Part shown: piece after piece, positions 10,880 to 17,615 of the stretch
How the letters are laid out: each line of letters starts with the position of its first letter
How positions within the stretch are numbered: the first letter of the stretch is position 1
Source of the DNA: Chloroflexota bacterium
GTDB taxonomy: Bacteria; Chloroflexota; Anaerolineae; Aggregatilineales; Phototrophicaceae
Direction of reading: 5' to 3'
NCBI GenBank assembly: GCA_026708115.1
Contig: JAPOVL010000050.1
Location: 156,876-220,875, forward strand
Length of the DNA stretch: 64,000 nucleotides
Notes under the pieces: generated by a model
What the model saw: the letters and a program-made list of their open reading frames with translations, nothing else
What the model was told of the DNA's origin: nothing
The model's database searches: none
Position numbers and translations under genes: made by a program

Positions 10880-10980
10880 CAACAGCCGCTCGGCGCATAG
10901 CCGGCGATTTCGGGCTACCGCGCTCACAGAAAATTATAAACCTGCCCGGCTGCCGCAGATCGCGGTTTATTGAAAAAGAG
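10880..10980 (-). repeat. repeat family F, copy 1 (about 100 bp)
   Basis: Its reverse complement (CTCTTTTTCAATAAACCGCGATCTGCGGCAGCCGGGCAGG...TTCTGTGAGCGCGGTAGCCCGAAATCGCCGGCTATGCGCCGAGCGGCTG) aligns end to end with 32627-32721. Confidence 0.85.
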
Positions 10981-11004
10981 GGCGAGTGAGGAATCCCGGA
11001 GCTT

Positions 11005-11943
11005 TCAATCGTTGTCAATCGGTATCTGAACTTTGCCGGTTGGGGCGGGGGGCGCGTCATCCTTGGAAGCAGCATCAGTTTCGTCGTTTGCATCGCTGAT
11101 ATTGATGCGTACCGACTTCTTGCCCAGTTGGCCGCGCCCGCCCCGAGCCTTCTTATTCTTTCGCGTTTTGGCTTTCTGTTTAACGACCCTTACGCCTAGC
11201 TCAAAATCTTCTTCACTTGGGTCGGCCAAGTCGACTGTGATTTTGTTTTCCTCTTTGGTTTCTGGGCTCTGCTCTTTGTCAGTTTTCGGCCCATCGTCCA
11301 GCTTGGAGGCAGAATCATTAGCCGGCGCCTGGCGCGATTTGATTTCATCCGCCGGCTTCGTCAATGTCCGGGAGTCTTGGTCTTCGGCCGCTCGCGACTT
11401 AGCCATGATCTCTGACGAGTCAGCAGCGCTAGCGGCTTCGTCATGCGGGTCGCGCATATCTTTAACGATCTGCCGGATCTGATCTTCAAAGGTATCCCAG
11501 CGCGAAGGCGCCAGCGACTCCAGCATGAGCTCAAGCGCGTCATGTAGCGCACTCCCGGGCATCTCGGCGGCTTGTAGCGCGAAGATGCGATAAGCGCGCA
11601 AGGGACGATAGGACGGATGGAGGCGCAGCCCATCGTCCAGAATCGACAACGCTTCGTCATATTCCTGCAGGGCATACAGCGCCGCGCCGAGCCTGGTGTA
11701 AAGACGCGGCAGGTCCTTTGCTGGCAGGCCCTTGCCCTTGGGACGGGCGAGCAACTCGCGATAGAGTGGCAGCGCTTGCTCGGGAACATTGAAGGCCGAC
11801 CAGCATACTGCCAATTCGAACATGATCCTGGCATTATCGGGATATGTCGCATGCAGCTGCCGAAAATGTTCGATAGCACCCTTGAGCTTGCCTTGCTGCT
11901 TCAATGTCAGGCCGACGTCTATCAATTCGCTGACAACTGCCAT
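11005..11943 (-). CDS. TPR-repeat protein with a low-complexity Lys/Asp/Ser-rich C-terminus
   Basis: 312 aa. The N-terminal half is made of about 34-aa TPR-like units (GKLKGAIEHFRQL...YPDNA, WSAFNVPEQALPLYRELL, YDEALSILDDGLRLHPSY). Confidence 0.7.
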   Translation of the reverse strand: MAVVSELIDVGLTLKQQGKLKGAIEHFRQLHATYPDNARIMFELAVCWSAFNVPEQALPLYRELLARPKGKGLPAKDLPRLYTRLGAALYALQEYDEALSILDDGLRLHPSYRPLRAYRIFALQAAEMPGSALHDALELMLESLAPSRWDTFEDQIRQIVKDMRDPHDEAASAADSSEIMAKSRAAEDQDSRTLTKPADEIKSRQAPANDSASKLDDGPKTDKEQSPETKEENKITVDLADPSEEDFELGVRVVKQKAKTRKNKKARGGRGQLGKKSVRINISDANDETDAASKDDAPPAPTGKVQIPIDND

Positions 11944-12087
11944 AGGTTGGATTTCCCAAGCATTTAACCTGAAGTCAGTATAGCATGTACTCCACTACTA
12001 CGCAGCGTACGCGCTTCTGTCGCAGCGTAGATAGCAGATGGGGCAAATTCGAGCATCTGTCGGGAGGCTTGTGACCGCGCCTGGGCT

Positions 12088-13503
12088 TTAAGCGTTTACT
12101 AGGGGCACCACGTATCCCTTGTCGAGCCAATCTTGCAGCGTTGCGGGATCAACGCAGTCGCCTGCGAAGCCGTCCGGATTCGCGCGCAAGGTCGAGACTA
12201 GCGGGCCGTCCTTGTTGTAACTAGCGCGGAAATCATGGTAGATCCCGAAGCGTTCTGAGAGATAGCACCAAGGCGCCTTGCGATACATGGTGCTTTTGCT
12301 GAGTTTTGGGAGTCGGTAGGTTAGGGGTGGTTTTTTTTCTGCGTTGAGGATCACATCCGCGTAGCGTGTCACCATTTTCTCAAGCGAGAACTCCCTCTTG
12401 AGGTAATGCAGCGTCGCTGGCGACGTGCGCCGTTTTTCTCTCAATATGTTATGTGCATATTCGGCTGCGCCGTCGATGTCGCCGTAGTCGACCCGATCGA
12501 CATGTTCGTCCGAGAAAAGATCTCGGTAGGTCGAGACGCGTGACAGAATCGCCGGTGTGCCACAGCCCAGTGATTCAAATGGCGTATTGCCGAAGGTCTC
12601 GACGCAGTTGCCGATGCACATGGTTACATCGGCGATGCTGTAGTATTCCGCGATCAAATCTTCGTTTATCCAATCGTGGAAGTAAAAGCTGTCGGTCAGT
12701 CTGGTCGAGCCAATCTCTTGCTGCAACTGCTCATAGTAGGCGCGAGTGCCCGGTGCTGTTTCCGCGTCCAGGCCGCGCGGCACCAGAACCCGCAGATCGG
12801 TCCAACCATAGTCATATACCAGTCTTCTTGCCACCTTAACCACTTCATAGATTCCCTTGTTCAAATCCGGCCTGTGCGGGAATAACAAAACCGGACATGC
12901 TGCTATCTCTTTGGGAATCACATCGAAGATGGCATCCGGTTCGGTATAGCGATATTTCTGCCAGTCGAAACCGTTGTGGATGGCATGCATTCTCGTTTCC
13001 ACCTCGGGACAAAACTGCGAAACAGCCGCGGCGTATGACGCTCTGGTATGCTCGGAGGGCAAGATCCATTCATCACCTTGAAAGAGCAGGGCGGATTGCA
13101 AGGTCTCTGGATAGATGATGCTGCGCATGGAAAAGATGGTCGGTTTATCTTTGTAGACATAGGGGAAAATCAGACCGCCATCGTGACTGTAGTGAATATC
13201 CGCCTCGACGATGGCATCGCCGACGGCGCGCATTGCATTAGCGATGTTGTAAAGGGGCGTAAAATAGGGCTCGGGATACGGCTGTTTGAAGCGCAGGATC
13301 GGCTTGATGTGAACCTTTTCGTGCCACGAAAATGGCTCGGTGGATTCTTCGTGCCGGGTCGATAGAATCGTCAACCGGTGACCAAGCTCGCCCAGATGAA
13401 GCGCAACTTTCTTGAGTTGAACCTGCCCGCCGCCCATCGCGAAATCGGGGAAGAGCGGCGTCATGGAAAAGACAGCTATCCGCTTGCCTTCGCTTACGGT
13501 CAT
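12088..13503 (-). CDS. glycosyltransferase (GT-B fold, GT4-like)
   Basis: 471 aa. The N-terminus is RIAVFSMTPLFP...GGGQV..KKVA..L.ELGH and the C-terminal half has the E..G....ES pattern (VETFGNTPFESLGCGTP). Confidence 0.7.
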   Translation of the reverse strand: MTVSEGKRIAVFSMTPLFPDFAMGGGQVQLKKVALHLGELGHRLTILSTRHEESTEPFSWHEKVHIKPILRFKQPYPEPYFTPLYNIANAMRAVGDAIVEADIHYSHDGGLIFPYVYKDKPTIFSMRSIIYPETLQSALLFQGDEWILPSEHTRASYAAAVSQFCPEVETRMHAIHNGFDWQKYRYTEPDAIFDVIPKEIAACPVLLFPHRPDLNKGIYEVVKVARRLVYDYGWTDLRVLVPRGLDAETAPGTRAYYEQLQQEIGSTRLTDSFYFHDWINEDLIAEYYSIADVTMCIGNCVETFGNTPFESLGCGTPAILSRVSTYRDLFSDEHVDRVDYGDIDGAAEYAHNILREKRRTSPATLHYLKREFSLEKMVTRYADVILNAEKKPPLTYRLPKLSKSTMYRKAPWCYLSERFGIYHDFRASYNKDGPLVSTLRANPDGFAGDCVDPATLQDWLDKGYVVPLVNA

Positions 13504-13580
13504 GTCGTGCCAATTGAGTTATGAATGAATCGTTTCCAAGTGTAACATGGTCGCTGCCAGCGGAATAACGACACTGGGAC

Positions 13581-13675
13581 TGTTTACGTAAACCGCGTCG
13601 CTCTTGCGGAGAGAAGGCTTACGATTTTGCCTGAGCCCGACATTCCTGTGAACTTTTCGCTGCCGCCGAGCGGCT
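13581..13675 (+). repeat. repeat family E, copy 1
   Basis: TGTTTACGTAAACCGCGTCGC...GGCTTACGA...TTTTCGCTGCCGCCGAGCGGCT aligns at roughly 80 percent identity by eye with 15367-15454. It lies just downstream of pyrH. Confidence 0.85.
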
Positions 13676-13727
13676 CTTAATGCCCGCCAGCGGTACCGAT
13701 CATTGAACACATGCATATCAGTCCTCA

Positions 13728-14456
13728 TTAGTCGCAGATCAAGGTGCCGACAGATGTATCCCCGCGCAGGGCCTTGACCAAGTCGTCCGGATTCCAGAAG
13801 TTAAGCACAACAATCGGCATCTCATTTTCCTGGCAAAGCGTGAATGCGGTGGTATCCATCACACGTAGATGGCGATCGAGCACATCTTGATACGCCAATC
13901 TGCCAAATCGTGTCGCATTCGGGTTGTGTACAGGGTCGTCGGAATATACGCCATCCACTTTGGTGGCTTTCACGATCACATCTGCATCGATCTCGCTTGC
14001 GCGCAGGGCTGCTGCCGAATCGGTCGTGAAATACGGTGTGCCGATGCCGCCGGTCAAGATGACGACACGACCTTTTTCCATGTGTCGAATCGCGCGCAGG
14101 CGGATGTAAGGCTCAGCGATTGAATTCATTTGTACCGCGGTTTGTACGCGGGTAATGATGCCTAGCCGCTCGATGGCGTCCTGGAGGGCCAATCCATTCA
14201 TCACCGTAGCGATCATGCCCATATGGTCAGCCGTGCTGCGCTCCATGCCCAGCTTCGCCGCCGGCTCGCCCCGCCACAGGTTGCCGCCTCCGATGACGAT
14301 GGCTACTTGCATACCCAATTCATAGACTTCCCGCACGCGCTGGGCAATGTATGCCGCCTTTTCAGGATCAATTCCGAATCCGCTGTTTCCCGCCAGGGCT
14401 TCTCCGCTCAGTTTCAGCAATACACGTTGATAGGGTAGCTCGCCAGACTTGCTCAT
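13728..14456 (-). CDS. pyrH: UMP kinase
   Basis: 242 aa with LLKLSGEALAG..GFGID, IVIGGGN..RG, TGGIGTPYFTTDSAAALRA and KATKVDGVYS.DP. Confidence 0.95.
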   Translation of the reverse strand: MSKSGELPYQRVLLKLSGEALAGNSGFGIDPEKAAYIAQRVREVYELGMQVAIVIGGGNLWRGEPAAKLGMERSTADHMGMIATVMNGLALQDAIERLGIITRVQTAVQMNSIAEPYIRLRAIRHMEKGRVVILTGGIGTPYFTTDSAAALRASEIDADVIVKATKVDGVYSDDPVHNPNATRFGRLAYQDVLDRHLRVMDTTAFTLCQENEMPIVVLNFWNPDDLVKALRGDTSVGTLICD

Positions 14457-14500
14457 TTCCGCTCCTTGTTTCAGAACTTTGTCACCATTGCTCGCTGGTT

Positions 14501-15187
14501 CTAATCACCCATCCAGAAATCATCGGTCAAATCAAGCGAGGCGAATATCGCGCGCGCCTCATTCAGCGTTCTGCCGCGGAAGGCCAGCGACATGCGATCG
14601 CCATACCAGCGCTGTGAAAGCGCCCATACCTTTTGCAGAGATATTATCGCTCCTTTCTTTCGACCTTCCTTGCGGCGCCACTGGTCAACTTCTTTCTCCT
14701 CACGGAAGAACAGAATCGTCGCTCAAGTATCAATCAGGTTATCGTACCAATTCCGGAATGGTTTGGCGAAATGTACCATCCCTCCGCTTTCAGAACTCAG
14801 CCTGCTGTCCTCGATTGAGAAATGAACCAGATCGCGGTCGAGCGCATGGCGCGCTTCGATTCTCGCGTCCGCATGCAGCATTGCCGGAATGCCCAGCGCG
14901 TCCCAGGCGCAGTTGGCATACAGGCGCCTTTTGCCGACGGTGACCCGATAGTCGGTCGCGACCGCGGACAAAGGATTCGCCATCAGGATGTCATCCGAGC
15001 CGGGCCGCAGAAATAGCGCATGAGACTTGTGCAGTCGATGCAGCGCCTCTCTGACATTGGGGACAGCCATCTGGAAATGCCGGGCGATTTCTTCGACACT
15101 GGGAGGACAGCCTCGACTTGCGAATAGCCGGTAGACAAAGAGCCTTATGTCCCAATCCATTTGCTCTACCATAGCGGCAGTCGGCAA
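14501..15187 (-). CDS. alkylmercury lyase (MerB) family protein with an in-frame UGA at 14723-14725: candidate selenoprotein, alternatively a nonsense pseudogene
   Basis: The track ORF 14723-15187 ends ...NWYDNLIDT-TGA. The same frame continues for 73 sense codons (ATILFFREEKEVDQW...DDFWMGD) to a TAG at 14501-14503. RRLYANCAWDALGIPAM matches MerB RRLYAWCALDTLIFPAL (Cys96 and Asp99 kept). T-[UGA]-ATILFFREEKEVDQW matches MerB F-C159-CHVHFFASVPTAEDW. The total length of 228 codons is close to MerB. The listed start is a TTG; the ATG at 15172 is an alternative. Confidence 0.6.
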
Positions 15188-15190
15188 AAA

Positions 15191-15258
15191 TGCCGCTCGG
15201 CGCCTGACCGGCGAATTGTTCCGCCGCGCTCACACAAAATAACAGGCCTGTTCCCGGC
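15191..15258 (-). repeat. repeat family F, partial copy 3
   Basis: Its reverse complement (GCCGGGAACAGGCCTGTTATTTTGTGTGAGCGCGGCGGAACAATTCGCCGGTCAGGCGCCGAGCGGCA) aligns with the right two-thirds of F1 and F2. It abuts the start of the MerB-like gene. Confidence 0.75.
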
Positions 15259-15366
15259 ATGAGCAAGGGCCCTTGCAAAATAAAAGGACTAGCGCGGCGC
15301 TAATCCCCTTTTTGTCTTGACTGTCCTCGGGAAAAGGCATCTCGGCTAGCCTTTCTCGCAAGCTCC

Positions 15367-15454
15367 TGTTTACGTAAACCGTGTCGCACATGCGACGAGC
15401 AGGCTTACGACGTTGCATGAGCGCGGCAGTCCTTTTCGCTGCCGCCGAGCGGCT
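15367..15454 (+). repeat. repeat family E, copy 2
   Basis: It has the same ends as copy 1 (TGTTTACGTAAACC ... TTTTCGCTGCCGCCGAGCGGCT). It contains the 12-nt palindrome GTTTACGTAAAC and the palindrome GTCGCA-CA-TGCGAC. Its last bases overlap the tsf stop codon. Confidence 0.85.
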
Positions 15455-16058
15455 ACGCTCCGTCGCCGATGGCAAAGCGCTGGAAGCGCTCGATGTTGAT
15501 AGTTTCGCCGACCTCGGCGACCGTCTCCTGCACGTACTGGCTAATGGTTTTGTCATCGTCCTTGATGAAAGCCTGCTCCATCAGAACGATCTCTTCGTAC
15601 CATTTGTTCATGCGCCCGGCGACAATCTTTTCAGCGATGTTCTCGGGCTTGCCTTCCTCTAGCGCGCGCTCGAGCTGGACCCTCGTCTCTGCCGAGACAA
15701 GATCTTCCGGCACATCTTCGCGCTTGACATACTGCGGATTGAGATTGGCGATGTGCATGGCGATATCTTTTGCAAATGATTTGAAGCGATCGGTCGCCGC
15801 CACGAAATCGGTCTCACAATTGACCTCGACGATAACCGCCAGTCGATTGTCGAAGTGAAGGTAATTGCCGATTACACCTTCATTGGCGCTTCGGCCTTTG
15901 CCTTGCAGCTTGATGCCATCTTTGAGCGCCTTTTCGCGCAGGAACTCCGCCGCCTGGTCCATATCACCGTCAAACTGCTCCAGCGCCTTCTTGCAATCCA
16001 AGGGACCGGCGCCGGTCTTGTCTCGTAGTTGTTTGACTTCTTTTGCGCTTACAGCCAT
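15453..16058 (-). CDS. tsf: translation elongation factor Ts (short form)
   Basis: MAVSAKEVKQLRDKTGAGPLDCKKAL is the canonical EF-Ts N-terminus. The track ORF extends to 16076, but the ATG at 16058 has AAGG upstream and gives the typical N-terminus. Confidence 0.95.
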   Translation of the reverse strand: MAVSAKEVKQLRDKTGAGPLDCKKALEQFDGDMDQAAEFLREKALKDGIKLQGKGRSANEGVIGNYLHFDNRLAVIVEVNCETDFVAATDRFKSFAKDIAMHIANLNPQYVKREDVPEDLVSAETRVQLERALEEGKPENIAEKIVAGRMNKWYEEIVLMEQAFIKDDDKTISQYVQETVAEVGETINIERFQRFAIGDGA

Positions 16059-16093
16059 TTGCCTTGCATGCTCCATTCGGACAGGGTCTTCGC

Positions 16094-17008
16094 TTATTCT
16101 TGAGTTTTTGCTTCCGCTTCGGCCGCTGGTTGCGCTTTGGCGGCACCGCCACCGACATCTTCGCTGGATTCGCCCGTCTCTCCTTCGCTATCGCCGAAGA
16201 GCTTGGAATCGCGCAGTTTCGCCAGTGTCGATTCGCCCAGCAAATCTTCGTCACCGAGTTCTTCGTCATATGTATCGGTGAACATTTGCTCTTCTTCCTC
16301 TTCGAGCCCCGCGGACTGTCGCAGGTTCTGCCCTTCGAGTACAGCATCCGCCAAGGCGCTTACCAACAGCCGAATCGAACGCATCGCATCGTCGTTTGCG
16401 GGCAAAATGTGATCAACAAGGTCAGGATCGGCATTGGTATCGACCAGCGCCAAGACTGGAATGCCAAGAATATTGGCTTCCTTCACGGCGGTGTGTTCGC
16501 GCTCAGCATCAACCACGATGAGCATGTCCGGGATGCGATTCATCTCGCGAATACCACCGAGGCGCAATTGCAGCTTGGATATCTTGCGGCTCAGCACCAG
16601 CGCTTCTTTCTTTGTCAGCTTGTCGAACTCGCCAGCGTCGCGCCGTCGTTCGAGCTGCTTTAAGGTGTCGATGCGGCTGCGGATTGTCTTCCAATTGGTT
16701 AGCGTACCGCCCAACCAGCGGTAATTCACAAAGGGCATGCCGCAGCGCCCGGCCTCGCGCTGGATAATCTCCTGGGCCTGCCGTTTGGTACCGACAAAAA
16801 GCACACTGCCGCCATCGGCGATCAGCTTGGCGATCATGTCGTGGAATCTATTGAGGTTTTTCAGCGTAATCTGCAAGTCGATGATGTGGATCCCGTTGCG
16901 TTGAGTGAAGATGAATTCATCCATCTTGGGATTCCACTTGTTGGTACGATGCCCAAAGTGGACACCGGTTTCGAGTAGGGAACGCATTTTTACCGCTGAG
17001 GGCATCAC
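16094..17008 (-). CDS. rpsB: 30S ribosomal protein S2, with an acidic C-terminal extension
   Basis: LLETGVHFGHRTNKWNPKM, GTKRQAQE, RWLGGTLTN, DA.REH.AV.EA..LGIPV.ALVDTN. Confidence 0.95.
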   Translation of the reverse strand: MMPSAVKMRSLLETGVHFGHRTNKWNPKMDEFIFTQRNGIHIIDLQITLKNLNRFHDMIAKLIADGGSVLFVGTKRQAQEIIQREAGRCGMPFVNYRWLGGTLTNWKTIRSRIDTLKQLERRRDAGEFDKLTKKEALVLSRKISKLQLRLGGIREMNRIPDMLIVVDAEREHTAVKEANILGIPVLALVDTNADPDLVDHILPANDDAMRSIRLLVSALADAVLEGQNLRQSAGLEEEEEQMFTDTYDEELGDEDLLGESTLAKLRDSKLFGDSEGETGESSEDVGGGAAKAQPAAEAEAKTQE

Positions 17009-17147
17009 AAATCTCCTTGGTCAATTGGTGTTTTGGTCTCGCACATCGTTCATCCTCTGGTGAAAATCCGCCCTGGGCGGACAACACCCACCAAGAGTCC
17101 CGACATGTGGAATTTGGAAACGCAAAGTTGCCACGATTCCGCGGCGG

Positions 17148-17176
17148 ATTCTATCACAGGCCAGTAAGCGCGACAA
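17148..17176 (-). promoter_or_regulatory. putative sigma-70-type promoter of rpsB-tsf
   Basis: On the minus strand, TTGTCG is followed by 17 nt and then TAGAAT, and the TAGAAT is preceded by TGA (extended -10, TGATAGAAT). This would give a 5' UTR of about 135 nt. Confidence 0.35.
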
Positions 17177-17198
17177 TGATGTCTTTCGGAGACGATAA

Positions 17199-17610
17199 GG
17201 CTTGTCCGCTACTACAAATCATACGTATAGATAACAGGAACAGTACCGAAACAATATAAAATAGGTGCCGACCCTTGCGAAAATCAACAAATTATTACGA
17301 AATCCACCCAATTTAGCTCCCCTTCTCCCCTTGTGGGAATTCCGCCCCCCGCTTAGCGGGGGGACCGAGGGGGGCAAGGGGCCGGGGGATGGGGGTAGAA
17401 AAGGCGGCATTTGGGCGGAGTACCGGACAAGCCTTGTAGGGGCGACCTATCAGGTCGCCCGAAATCTACGAAATGACATCAAAATCAACAGAGTTTTCAT
17501 GCCCGCTGCAAACCTCTGTCCGGTCCTCAGCCGTGAGGCGGGGGACGGAGGGGGCAATGCCGGGGATGGGGTAGAAAAAAGCGTGTCAAACGCCCAGTAG
17601 CGGACAAGCC
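17199..17610. mobile_element. MITE-like element, family A, copy 1 (inner right end at 17433, outer at 17610)
   Basis: Left end GGCTTGTCCGCTACT at 17199-17213. The inverted copy AGTACCGGACAAGCC is at 17419-17433 and AGTAGCGGACAAGCC is at 17597-17610. The left arm of about 125 bp and the right arm of about 50 bp match copy 2 at 25019-25404. No coding capacity. Confidence 0.75.
17331..17395 (+). repeat. family D module: perfect GC hairpin plus four G-runs, copy 1
   Basis: TTGTGGGAATTCCG-CCCCCCGC-TTA-GCGGGGGG-ACCGA-GGGGGG-CAA-GGGG-CC-GGGGG-AT-GGGGG. Confidence 0.9.
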
Positions 17611-17615
17611 CTATA

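Noticed and set aside
13519-13728. 69-aa minus ORF downstream of pyrH whose peptide resembles part of ORF 15230-15556.
   Set aside because: The similarity comes from repeat family E at the DNA level. The composition is highly basic and there is no SD.
14723-15187. Annotating the MerB-like gene simply as a complete 154-aa protein, as in the ORF track.
   Set aside because: That product would lack the whole C-terminal half of the MerB fold. The next 73 codons in the same frame are open and homologous to that missing half, so the stop is either recoded or a recent nonsense mutation.
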